Positions 51,304 through 63,158 of a stretch of DNA of 64,000 nucleotides are shown here, one piece after another. Location: positions 7,750,001 to 7,814,000 of the forward strand of contig NC_043020.1 in the NCBI RefSeq assembly GCF_006345805.1. Reading direction: 5' to 3'. How positions within the stretch are numbered: the stretch's first letter is position 1; every line of letters starts with the position of its first letter. A program made the translations under genes and the position numbers. This DNA comes from Octopus sinensis. Lineage: Eukaryota. The notes beneath the pieces are model-generated. The model searched no databases, was not told the DNA's origin, and saw only the letters and a program-made list of their open reading frames with translations.

Positions 51304-51487
51304 CCCTTTTGATATCAACCTGCCCAAGACCACTTCCTGTTTTAGAGTAAGCTAAATCAAAACCTTTCGAAAAATTTCATGTTAATTTGTTTCAAACACC
51401 AGCTTAATAGTGACAAAGTTATTTTTCTAAATTGTCGGTTACTTTGAAAATTAATTGACACAAAGGTAATGTACTTCAACAAAAGGG
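51304..51487. mobile_element. piggyBac-type MITE, followed by a partial second copy to 51798
   Basis: TTAA-ccctttt..aaaaggg-TTAA. Confidence 0.8.
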
Positions 51488-51676
51488 TTAAAGGGATCTA
51501 AATGAAAACCTTCCATCAAAATTTCATCTATGTTCCAAACACCTCGCTTAATAATGACAAAATAATTTTACTAAAGTGTTATTTATTTTTTACATTAATC
51601 TTAATCTTATTTCGACTGACAAAATGGCTGACGATAAGTAAGGAGAGACACAAATAAGAAAGAAGAAAACAAAGGA

Positions 51677-51716
51677 CCACTGATGCGGTCACAGGAGTGT
51701 GACGAAAGAACTCTGG
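51677..51716 (+). ncRNA. Hammerhead-like motif with altered A9 position
   Basis: cca-CTGATG-CG-GTCAC-aggagt-GTGAC-GAAA-gaac-TC-tgg. Confidence 0.4.
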
Positions 51717-52404
51717 CCGAAATAAGATATTTCACTAAATTTTTCATTATTTTCAAAATAGAGCAGTGTATATCAACAGAAATATGGTATCAGAAGGGTT
51801 AAATTTTGTTTGCAGTGTTTTTAATCTTTTTAGTCAGGAGGGAAGGTAGCACCCATTTAATTTTATTTATTAAGGGTAGTGCCAAATGCTTAATGCTTTT
51901 TATTAATGGTGTGCCAGATAAGTAATTTTATTAAGGGTGGTGCCAGATATATAATTTTTAACTCTTAAACTTCCATAGTGCTTTTTCTACATAAATCTCC
52001 CAATTTCAAGCCAGAGATTTTAATGAAATGTAGTGAGTCTAATATAAATTACCGCATTAATTTGGATGAAATCTGTTGATATGATTGTTGGTGTACATTA
52101 TGAATGTAGTTTTTTACCTGCTGTCATGTCACATTTATATGCCAAGGTTAGTTGAATACAGTTAAGTTGATTACACATAAGTGTTATTCCATATATTTAC
52201 AAGATATTGATTCCAGGACACCGATTTCCTAATTAAAGCATAAATTAAAAAAATATATAAATCATTAATAAATTACACTACCAAATTCTGACTCACTGTT
52301 TGAGGTTTAAGTTCAGTGAAGTTCTAGTAGCCTTGTTATCAAAGGCATTCTTAACCCTTTGGAGACGAAGCCTTATTTGGAGTTTCAGTGCCAAGAAGAC
52401 ACAG

Positions 52405-53186
52405 CCATTTATGACCTCGGAACCTCCTCTTGAGCTGAGTGTGCCTGAGAAAGTTGACAGCATACTTATTGGTCTCTCTGACAAACATTTCAATGAAATT
52501 CCATGTGTAAAACAGCGTGGCTATGTGGTAAGTAGCTTGCTTACGAACCACATGGTTCCAGGTTCAGTCCTACTGCATGGCACCTTGGGCAAGTGTCTTC
52601 TACTATAGCCTCGGGCCGACCAAAGCCTTGTGAGTGGATTTAGTAGATGGAAACTGAAAAAAGCCCATCGTATATATGTATGTATATATATATATGCGTG
52701 TGTGTTTGTGTGTCTGTGTTTGTCCCCCTAGCATTGCTTGACAACCGATGCTGGTGTGTTTATGTCCCCGTCACGTAGCGGTTCAGCAAAAAGAGACCGA
52801 TAGAATAAGTACTGGGCTTACAAAGAATAAGTCCCGGGATCGAGTTGCTCGATTAAAGGTGGTGCTCCAGCATGGCCGCAGTCAAATGACTGAAACAAGT
52901 AAAAGAGTAAAAGAGTAAGAGTATAAAATATTCCACTGGGGTGCTTATGCCTTGTGGTATATTTCTAGGCTCTATATTTTCTAAGAATTCATAAGGGTCA
53001 TCTCTAGTTCAGTATCCCTAATCCTAAACCAATGCTTCACAACATTATCTCCATCACCATTGTCATTTTGATCTTCTTCATTACTTTCCTGGTTGTTTTT
53101 CACTAGTTTCGGTGTCAGATTCACTGCTAGATTGAGAGAAATCAGACACCTCTGAGGATATTTTCATCAGTGTCACTGTTGGACAT
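52405..53186 (-). pseudogene. piggyBac (PGBD4-like) transposase N-terminal relic
   Basis: ATG at 53186 in caccATG context; acidic N terminus with frameshifts; ..ISTPVEYFI|LFYTWNFIEMFVRETNKYAVNFLRHTQLKRRFRGHKW once the SINE is removed; catalytic domain absent. Confidence 0.8.
52516..52921 (+). mobile_element. SINE family A inserted in the piggyBac transposase relic
   Basis: Full head to tail. Confidence 0.92.
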
Positions 53187-53213
53187 GGTGAAATTTCAAG
53201 ATGCTTACTTTAA

Positions 53214-53434
53214 CCCTTTTGTTACTGTATTTATTTTGAGATGCTCTGTGTTTCTCTCAATTACTTTAAATATAATAAAGAATTTAGTAAAATAACTTAG
53301 TTATCATTAAGCTAGTGTTAGGAAAGTAAATTGTGACTAAGGTTTGGTGGAAGGTTTTAATTCAAAACTTTTGAAAACAAGACATTTGTACTACAAAGCC
53401 AGAGCCGGTTTCAGCCGGGTTGGTAATGAAAGGG
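53214..53434. mobile_element. piggyBac-type MITE nested at a TTAA within the larger piggyBac
   Basis: TTAA-cccttttgttac..gtaatgaaaggg-TTAA. Confidence 0.88.
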
Positions 53435-54247
53435 TTAAACACAAAAAAAAAATCAATATAAAATCACAAAACAGCAAACTATCATGGAAGCCACCATTGC
53501 AAGGCCCAGATGTACAAGTAATGCAAGAAGCAATCTGATTGGCTGGTACAAAGACCAGCCAGCTAATCTCGAGGCTTGTATTATCAGGCCCACAGATCAG
53601 TTCAGCTGTCTTTTTCGTCATTTGACTTTTTGGCTCATAGATCATCTCTGTCGTCTCCCGAGGGTTAATGTGACCATCCCATTTTAGCCATAGTTTATCC
53701 GGTATTTCATTCTGCAATAAATCCATCACTTTTTTAAGAAAACAGGTTATGATTTGGCTGCACATTCTAGCATGCTGTGCAACCATATAGAGACTTCCCC
53801 AATTAACCTCTGGCTCATTAATTGGTTGATTGCTTGGATGGCCTGGCAGGCTGTTTAACATATTGGCCAGTTGAACAGCTGTCTGATGGTGCAGCTATCT
53901 GGGTGGTTAGTTGGCTGTCTCTCAGGTTGATTGGTTGTTTGGGTAGTTGTCTGGTAGGTTTATATGCATGTCTGCATTTGGGTATGTTTACACGCACACA
54001 CACACATACACACACACAATAATTTTAACATGATGAGTTGTGTGATGTAAATTGTAATTAACCTCGGTCTTGGCTGGCTGACTGGCTGGCTGGCTAGTTA
54101 TATGGTTGGTTGAACAGCATGCTATCTGTCTGTCTGTTATGGTTGATCAGTCAGTTGGGGGTTATTTTAGTGCTCAACAACTGGTCTTACTACTTGATCT
54201 CCTGCTTGGTCAGTTTAAAACTTTATATATTTATTTATTTATTTATT

Positions 54248-54660
54248 TACTCTTTTTACTCTTTTACTTGTTTCAGTCATTAGACTGCGGCCATGCTGGA
54301 GCACCGCCTTTAGTCAAGCAAATCGACCCCGGGACTTATTCTTTTTTGTAAAGCCGAGTACTTATTCTATCGGTCTCTTTTGCCGAACCGCTAAGTGACG
54401 GGGACGTAAACACACCAGCATCGGTTGTCAAGCAATGCTAGGGGGACAAACACAGACACACAAACACACACACATATATATATATATATACATATATATG
54501 ACAGGCTTCTTTCAGTTTCCATCTACCAAATCCACTAATAAGGCTTTGGGCAGCCCGAGGCTATAGTAGAAGACATTGCCTAAGGTGCCACGCAGTGGGA
54601 CTGAACCCGGAACCATGTGGTTGGTATACAAGCTACTTACCACACAGCCACTCCTGCGCC
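54248..54660 (-). mobile_element. SINE family A, full length, in an (ATTT)n tract
   Basis: Reverse complement of the consensus; (attt)n on both flanks. Confidence 0.92.
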
Positions 54661-54664
54661 TATT

Positions 54665-54715
<51 letters not shown>

Positions 54716-54918
54716 TGAATGACAGTGACATTAGTTATAGGTTTCCAACAGGCTGACCACTGGTCCAGTGTAATTTGACTGTCAGAGTGACAAGGGGCAA
54801 GGCATGACCTGCACAACTCAGCTGGAACAAATTCCTTAGTGCAATTTTGATTGAATGCACCAGTTTTATTGCTTTAATTTGCAGATGTGTGCACCATTCT
54901 TTGACATATACTTGAGAA

Positions 54919-54955
<37 letters not shown>

Positions 54956-55130
54956 CACACATGCATACACAAACACATAATACATTATGTTTTGGTTTTA
55001 AAAACACAAGATTCAATCTCTGAAGCAGAATGTGTGTGTGTGTGTGTGTTTTACTTGTTTCAATCATTAGACTGCAGCCATGCATATGATCTTTTATTAT
55101 GAACTCCAATACTATGGCTATGGATTGGCC

Positions 55131-55518
55131 GGAGGCGCAATGGCCCAGTGGTTAGGGCAGCGGACTCGTGGTCATAGGATCGTGGTTTCGATTCCCAGAC
55201 CGGGCGTTCTGAGTGTTTATTGAGCGAAAACACCTAAAGCTCCACGAGGCTCCGGCAGGGGATGGTGGTGATCCCTGCTGTACTCTTTCACCACAACTTT
55301 CTCTCACTCTTACTTCCTGTTTCTGTTGTACCTGTATTTCAAGGGGCCGGCCTTGTCACTCTCTGTGTCATGCTGAATATCCCCGAGAACTACGTTAAGG
55401 GTACACGTGTCTGTGGAGTGCTCAGCCACTTGCACGTTAATTTCACGAGCAGGCTGTTTCGTTGATTCGGATCAACCGGAACCCTTGTCGTCGTAACCGA
55501 CGGAGTGCTTCCACACAT
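55131..55518 (+). mobile_element. SINE family C, full length
   Basis: Perfect 12-bp TSD tatggattggcc (55119-55130, 55519-55530). Confidence 0.92.
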
Positions 55519-56310
55519 TATGGATTGGCCAAATCATTAGAGCATCATAAAAAAAAAAGCCGTGTGATATTTCTTCTAACTCTTTCTGTTCTGAGTTCTA
55601 ATCTTATGAGGGCTGACTTTGCAATTCATCCTTCCAGGATTGATAGGATAAAGTACCAGTCAAGTACTGGAGTGGAGGGTTGGGGGTTGGTGTTATTGAG
55701 CTAATCCTTTACCCCCAAAACTGCTGGCTTTGTGCCTAAAGTGGGAGCAGTTTCCGTCTACCAAATTCACTAGGCTTTGGTTGGCCCAGTGCTATAGTAA
55801 AAGACATTTGCTCAAGGTAACAGCTAGTGGTTTGGAAACAAACTTGTTAGCTACGCAACCATGCCTGCATTCTCTCTCTCTCTCCCTCCCTCCCCCTCTC
55901 TCTCTCCCTCTCTCTCTCTCTCTCCTTATTTATATGTATATATTTATATATTGTGTGCGTAAACCACAAGAATGCATTAATACAAACACTGTTTTTTTTT
56001 AATGAACAGAAAAGGCTTTAGAGTTCAGCTATATTCTGGTTCATCATCTGTTGAAACCTGTTTCATTGTAAGATAACCAAAGGTATCTAGATTATTGTTA
56101 CTGTTGCTGTTCATTAATTATCTGTCTTTTGTGGTAGGAATGAGAACATTCTGTGACCTCTTATTACATGCTTTTATTCCTCCATCCACCTACCCACATC
56201 CCTTCATACTTCACTGGTATATTTTTACTCATTTACACACCCACAGCCACATGTCTATCTATCTATCTATCTCTGGGTATGAGTAGATATATATATATAT
56301 ATATATATAT

Positions 56311-56692
56311 ACTCTTTTACTCTTTTACTTGTTTCAGTCATTTGACTTATTCTTTGTAAGCCCAGTACTTATTCTATCAGTCTCTGTTGCCGAACCGCTA
56401 AGTGACGGGGACGTAAACACACCAGTATTGGTTGTCAAGCAATGCTAGGGGGACAAACACAGACACACAAGCACCCACATACATATATATATATATATAT
56501 ATACACATATATACGACAGGCTTCTTTCAGTTTCCGTCTACCAAATCCACTCACAAGGCATTGGTCGGCCCGGGGCTATAGCAGAAGACACTTGCCCAAG
56601 ATGCCACGCAGTGGGACTGAACCCGGAACCATGTGGTTGGTTAGCAAGCTACTTACCACACAGCCACTCCTGCGCCTATTTATTTATTTATT

Positions 56693-56749
<57 letters not shown>

Positions 56750-56896
56750 GTTTCCGTCTACCAAATCCACTCACAAGGCATTGGTTGGCCCGGGGCTATA
56801 GCAGAAGACACTTGCCCAAGATGCCACGCAGTGGGACTGAACCCGGAACCATGTGGCTGGTTAGCAAGCTACTTACCACACAGCCACTCCTGCGCC
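56311..56896 (-). mobile_element. SINE family A with internal deletion plus local duplication of its 5' 146 bp
   Basis: 56750-56896 nearly identical to 56531-56677. Confidence 0.88.
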
Positions 56897-57967
56897 TATA
56901 TATATATATTTATGGCTTTGTATGTTTGTCTGATTGTGTAAGCCTGTGTTGGTATGCAGATGTCTGTCTGTCTCTGTCTGAGTATGTCTGTCCTTCTATC
57001 TGTGTGTTCCTATGTCTGTCTCTCTTTCTATATCTTGGTTTTGTTGGGTTTCATCACTCTGCTACACAGTTCTTTGTTTCTATTTGACAGCCTCTTGGAA
57101 TATGGGTTAAATTATATTTCTCACCGATTAAATTAAACAGCACAGCAAACACATACATACATATCATTTATCAACAACACAGGCATAAAATATATATCAA
57201 CCTATATCACAGCAAACATTTACATGTAGCCTATCAACCTATCTCACAATGAACACATACATAAAGCATATCAACCTATCTCACAACAAATGCAGACATG
57301 AAACCAGTCAACTATATATCTATGAGTGATTGCTGTTGTTGTTGTGCTAAATCAGGTCAGCCCCTGACCGAGAAGACCTATGATCTGAGACATCCCAACC
57401 ATGGTCAGCCCATGCCTTTTCATTTTTTTTTTTTTCAAGCAGTGGCTAGTGAGTCCTTTTTATGACTGCAGTAGGGAGTATTTTGAGGAGGATTTGGTAT
57501 CTAATTTTTTAGCAAGTGGAGTGACTGCAAAGAGAGTGTTTCTTGACCTGTTTTTGGCCCTGCATGTCACTTTGATTTTAGCCCTAAAGTATCTGTCCTC
57601 CTACAAATTCAAAATTAGATTGGGTGGTTAAGAAGCTTGCTTTGTGACCACAGGATTCAAGTTCAGCACCTTGGACAAGTGTCTTCTACAAGAGACCTGG
57701 GCCAACCAATGCCTTGTGAGTGAATTTGGTAAACAGAAACTGTGTGGAAGCCTGATGTATATATGTCTTTATATTAATTATATGCATTTGTTTCTGACCC
57801 CCACCTCCAGCAACTGATGTTGGTTTGTTTACATCACCACAACTTAGTGGTATGGCAAAAGATAATAAGAGAATCAGTACTAGACTTGGAAAACTAAGTA
57901 CTTGAAGGTGGGGCACCAGCCAGGTCAAAGTTCTGTGACTGAAATGGTTAAAAGAAAAGATATATAT

Positions 57968-58150
57968 ACATCGTTTAATGTCTGCTTTCCATGCCAGCAT
58001 GGGTTGGATGATTTGACTGAGGGCTGGCAAACCAGATGGCTGCACCAAGCTCCAATCTTGATCTGGTAGAGTTTCTACAGCTGGATGCCCTTCCTAACGC
58101 CAACCACTCCAAGAGTGTAGTGGGTGCTTTTATGTGCCACCGGCACAGAA
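57968..58150 (-). mobile_element. Family R RTE-type tail, near consensus
   Basis: ggatgcccttcctaacgccaaccactcc motif. Confidence 0.85.
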
Positions 58151-59229
58151 GCCAGTTAGCTGCTCTGGCATTGCTATTATGTAAAAGTGTTGTAAGTCCA
58201 AAATATTGCTTTTTCAGAAAATAAAAAAATAGTTTCACCATTCCATACTAAAACCGTTGTATTACACTTTGGCAATTTTTGATATTTTGGCATCTGAAAC
58301 TGCTGGAGATATGATAGTTTGACCAAAAGGACCAACTATTGCAAGCAAAAATGAATATTGAAAGAAATGCATTTGGCCAAATTTGGACATACAACGGTTA
58401 AACTAATAACAATGATTTATATATATATTCAAAAGAAATTTTAATTATGACGTTATTGCAAGTCTTATTCATTTGTTACTTACAAATGACCCATTTTGAA
58501 GTAACCCACTCCCTACCAAAATATTGCGGGACCCCACCTGTAGGTATACACCTCTCCCGCCTTGAGAAACACTGGCATAGAGGCTCCTTTGTTGTCTTGA
58601 GATTTCAAAACTGTTTGTTGTTGTTGAACCTCAGGTCAGCTCTGATCCAGCAGTTCTAGAACACGCATGTTGAAACTGTGGCCGTCTATTCTTTTATTCA
58701 GGCATTGTGTATCTAAAACTACAATATCCAATGTGTGTTTCCCTTTCTAAGACAAACAGGGTTTGATTTGAGGAGGAAATCAACAGCTATTTTGAGCTGG
58801 TTATTTGACTACTTAGGCTCCCAAATTGGTTCACAATGTTATTGCTCAGTCAATTGTTATCCAGTAGGCCAAGGCTCAAAGATATTCCAACCATGACCAT
58901 CTAGTATTTTAATTTATAAACCAATGTATTTTGGACTCAGCATGTACATAGTTTGCAATTTTGCAAAGGTGTGACTCAAAGGACAGTTAGCTGCTATGTT
59001 TAGAAGTGTAGCAGTCATATAGTTACCCTCTCATTTCTTCATTGGTTTGTACTCTCATGTTTATGACATGCAGGGTCATGGTGTTTCATTATGCAACCAT
59101 AATATACTATAAAGTCTATTAAAAATTTTCATAAACTAATACCATGTCCTACTGTGTTAGCAGTGCATATTACATTGTCCACTGTTACTCTCTTATGAGA
59201 CAACATGCAAAACCTTATTGAAACAGCAA

Positions 59230-59800
59230 CAGATAAGGGCTCTTAGATACCCCCAGTGCTGTCAGCACAATGAGCAATGAGCTTTCTCCCGACATCTCAG
59301 TTGCTTGCCTTCCACCTGGTTTCGTTCAGGCCATCTCCCAACACTATGATGTTGTCCGGGAATATACTGTACCTATTTCTTTCCTACCCACAAGCGGCTA
59401 AACACAGAGAGGACAAACAAGGACAGACAAACGGAATAAGTCGATTACATCGACCCCAGTGCGTGACTGGTACTTATTTAATCAGCCCCGAAAGGATGAA
59501 AGGTAAAGTTGACCTCGGCGGAATTTGAACTCAGAACGTAACCGCAGACGAAATACCGCTAAGCATCATTTCGCCCAGCGTGCTAACGATTCTGCCAGCT
59601 TGCGCCTTAGGAATATACTGTACCACATCTTCCTTGGTCCTCCCCTTGGTCTTTTTCCTCCTCACAATGATAGCATGTCTGTCTTGCAGTAGTCAAAGCC
59701 CCATGGCCAGTGAACCATATCTGCCACTTGGTCACTTTGTCCTGCAAACTTCCTGTGCCTGCACTTTCTTGTCGCCTCTTTGTTTCGCTGTCCCAGTAAG
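59230..59800 (-). pseudogene. RTE-clade LINE C-terminal relic interrupted by SINE B
   Basis: Frameshifted GKRPRGR/PRKMWY..DNI and WFTGH-like motifs. Confidence 0.5.
59374..59609 (-). mobile_element. SINE family B
   Basis: 15-bp TSD ggaatatactgtacc. Confidence 0.92.
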
Positions 59801-61000
59801 TGATATTCAGAATTGAACACAGGCAGCAATTGAGAGATTTTTTGCTGTCTCCTTTCAGGTTTCACAGGCGTAGATGGCTGTTTGTATAATAACAATACAG
59901 ACTAAAAAAATACAAAAATATATCAAAGAAACAAAAATAAAAAATTGTAAAAAAAAAGAAAAAAAGAAAGAAAGAGTGAAAGAAAACCTTTCAGCTGTTG
60001 TGAAGAAACATCAATTTTTTACTGTTCTTTATTCTTGAATGCCATTGGTTATTTTCATGGGCAGTAATGGAGATCGTGATTAATTAGAACTCTGCAGGGA
60101 ATGGTAAAGTATAGTTGTGCCACTCTCGGTTGTCTCCTGATGTTGAAATATTCATTTTAGTTTTTACGTGAAGCCCATGTATGTATGTATGCATGTATGT
60201 ATATGTATATATTTATATATACACATATGCATGTTTATATATATATATATATATACATACACAAATACATGTGTTGAGTGTGAATTCTGGGAATAAGTGT
60301 TGAGTGTCTGTTAGCATGTATGTATGTATGTATAGAAGGTGGTTAAGTGTGAAATGTCGGTATAGGTGTATAGATGTAGTTGAGCTTGGTTACATGTGAA
60401 ATGTGGGTATAGAGTGCAATATTTGTTTGTGTAGGTAGGTTTAGTTAACATATGAAATATGTGTATGTGGTGTTATCTGTATATGCGTGTGTGTGCATGT
60501 GTGTGTGTGGCATGCCTGAGTGGTAGTTTGTTGACTGTGGGTGTGTGTATGGTTTGTCTGTGTAGTTGTTGGTTTACGTTTTGGGCTGTGTCTGTGTTTA
60601 TATATGTGTTTGTGTATGTCTGTACATGTATGTCTGTGTGCCTGCAGGGTGGCATCTATCTCCATGTCTATGTATGTAGTTTATGTGTGTTTGTGTGTGT
60701 CTTGCTATCTATTTCTCTCTTTGACTTTATGTAGGTATGTGTCTCTGTGTGTATATGTGTGTAAGGAAGCCATATGGTTGTGTGTAATAAACTTGGAATA
60801 AAAACACTAATGCAGGTTAGCAAGCACTTTTTAGTTTTGCAAGTACAGTCCACACTGTAGAGAGGTTTGCAGTAGTAACTGCACCCAACCATAAAACCAG
60901 CAAAGAGAAGACACCACACAATAATGTTTGGTTGTTTCCTCTGTTGTTGTTGTTGTGTATATAAAGTGATAATGGTGAAGTGTTGTAATGGGACACACCT

Positions 61001-61422
61001 ATTTCTTTACTACCCACAAGAGAGGGCAATAAACACAGAGAGGACAAACAAGGACAGACAAATGAATTAAGTCAATTATATCGACCCCAGTGCGTAACTG
61101 GTACTTATTTAATCAACCCTGAAAGGATGAAAGGCAAAGTTGACCTTGGCAGAATTTGAACTCAGAACATAATGGCAGACAAAATACCTATTTCTTTATT
61201 ACCCACAAGGGGCTAAACACAGAGAGGATAAACAAGGACAGACAAATGGCTTAAGTCGATTACATCGACCCCAGTGCATAACTGGTACTTAATTCATCGA
61301 CCCCGAAAGGATGAAAGGCAAAGTCGACCTCGGTGGAATTTGAACTCAGAACGTAACAGCAGACGAAATACCGCTAAGCATTTCGCTCGACGTGTTAACG
61401 TCTTCGCCAGCTCACCGCCTTC
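61001..61422 (-). mobile_element. Dimeric SINE B (full copy plus 189-bp 3' repeat) inserted as one unit
   Basis: 15-bp TSD taatgggacacacct flanks both units. Confidence 0.9.
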
Positions 61423-61920
61423 TAATGGGACACACCTGTCCAGCCCACACCAGTATGATGAAAAAGAAAAAAGACATATAACATTGATGAGGACACTACG
61501 CACATACATGCTCATGGGGTCGAGTGGTTAGGATGTTTGCCTTGTGAGTGAAAGGTTATAGGTTCAGTTTCCAGATTGGATGGCATGTTGTATCTATCCC
61601 TCAGCAAAACACAGGACTGGCGGAGTATTTTTTGTCATGGACAAGTGAATTTTTGGAAGAGAACCCATGCAAGTCTACCAGATAGACGGAAGAGTATTAT
61701 AGAGAATGAAGGAGGGTATATTTTAGATTAAGAAAGAAACTTATCTTAATTTTGAAAAATAAAAGAAGTATAAAACAAACCACACTATTTATGGGATGAC
61801 CCAATGCATAAACAGTTTAGCATTAAACTGAATAATTACTCAATACTTTTTTTAGTAGCATACATGTTTATTAAACTTTTACAAGTAGCAGGGTGACAGT
61901 GACATCAATATATATATATA

Positions 61921-62051
61921 CAGGGTGTCCCAAAAAAATGTATACACATAGTGGTTCGGCAAAAGAGAACGATAGAATAAGTACTAGGCTTACAAAGAAT
62001 AACAAATTTACAATTATTTAAGGTGTGTATACATTTTTTTGGGACACCCTG
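61921..62051. mobile_element. Tc1/mariner-type MITE containing a SINE A fragment
   Basis: Perfect 28-bp TIR cagggtgtcccaaaaaaatgtatacaca, TA flanks; 61949-62002 matches the SINE A interior. Confidence 0.9.
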
Positions 62052-62057
62052 TATATA

Positions 62058-62510
62058 TGTGACCTCGTGTGTACCGTTGGCGATTTTTTTCCTCCCTCTT
62101 CCCTTCTCTGAATCTTTCCTTCTCCTATGTTTCCGACGAAGAGCTCCGCTCGAAACGTTAAACCCTCCTTCTTTCCTTTTTTCCTGAGCGTCCAATAATA
62201 CTATATTTGTTCCACGTCGAGGGCGGCGAGCTGGCAGAAACGTTAGCACGCCGGGCGAAATGCGTAGCCGTATTTCGTCTGCCGTTACGTTCTGAGTTCA
62301 AATTCCGCCGAGGTCGACTTTGCCTTTCATCCTTCCGGAGTCGATAAATTAAGTACCAGTTACGCACTGGGGTCGATGTAATCGACTTAATCCGTTTGTC
62401 TGTCCTTGTTTGTCCCCTCTGTGTTTAGCCCCTTGTGGGCAGTAAAGAAACATATATTTGTTCCACGTCCTCGCGTTGTGTTTTTTTGTGCTTTCTTGTT
62501 TGGATTAACT
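62058..62510 (+). mobile_element. (TA)n-flanked Penelope-like short element with hammerhead-like motif at 62129-62164, split by SINE B
   Basis: gttt-CCGACGA-A-GAGC-tcc-GCTC-GAAA-CGT-TA-aaac; empty-site homologue at 26874-27080. Confidence 0.7.
62219..62452 (+). mobile_element. SINE family B, very young
   Basis: Perfect 17-bp TSD tatatttgttccacgtc (62202-62218, 62453-62469); CpGs intact. Confidence 0.95.
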
Positions 62511-63029
62511 TTATATATATATAAAACCATCTGGCAAAAAATACCCCTTCATTTGTTTATTAGTTTCTTTCTTCCTCTCCTTCTTTCTTTCTTTTTTAAA
62601 AAAAAATTCTCTATAGACACACATGTTTACACACACACACACACAGATTCAAAATGACAAAGAACATCTCAAATAACCACACCCGAAACACCCTCTTTCC
62701 AAAACCCCTGAAAAGAAATTCAACTCCGAGATTTATTTCAGCTACCTCACATATATATGAAAGGTATGAATTTTCTATAAGAAATCATTCATGATGAAGG
62801 TGCTAAATAAATAGCTTTTATCCAAATTCTGACTACCTATGTCGTTTTGCTTTGTTTCTATATATATATATATATATATATATAGAACACGGCCTCAAAC
62901 ACACAAGTGCAAACAAGGGAGACAGAGAAAGGCAGAAACAAGGAAAATGCCACTTATATTTGAACACTATACAAATATTCCTTTAAAAAAACTTTTATTT
63001 CAATTTTTCTAAATTTAATTATTTAATCG

Positions 63030-63073
63030 TTACAGTTGAAAAGGTCTCAAAATGACCGAAACCGGTACTGAAA
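63030..63073 (+). ncRNA. Minimal type I hammerhead motif with U3-A8 compensatory core
   Basis: cag-TTGAAAA-GGTC-tcaaaat-GACC-GAAA-C-CG-G-TA-ctg; palindromic ACCGGT; inside a 240-bp (TA)n-flanked segment (62885-63122). Confidence 0.75.
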
Positions 63074-63118
63074 TGTTCTTTATAAAATTATTTTAGCATT
63101 TTCTATTTTGACTTGTTT

Positions 63119-63158
<40 letters not shown>

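Larger units (their letters stand above)
52355..53664 (-). mobile_element. Internally deleted piggyBac element with nested SINE A and nested piggyBac MITE
   Basis: TTAA TSDs 52351-52354 and 53665-53668; TIR ccctttggagacg vs ccctcgggagacg. Confidence 0.88.

Noticed and set aside
52290-52480. Apparent minus-strand exon ending at a gtgagt donor
   Set aside because: The meaningful frame is the piggyBac relic, and the interval crosses the element's TTAA boundary
53391-53861. 156-aa minus-strand ORF as a host exon
   Set aside because: Spans the piggyBac 5' TIR and the nested MITE; no recognisable domain
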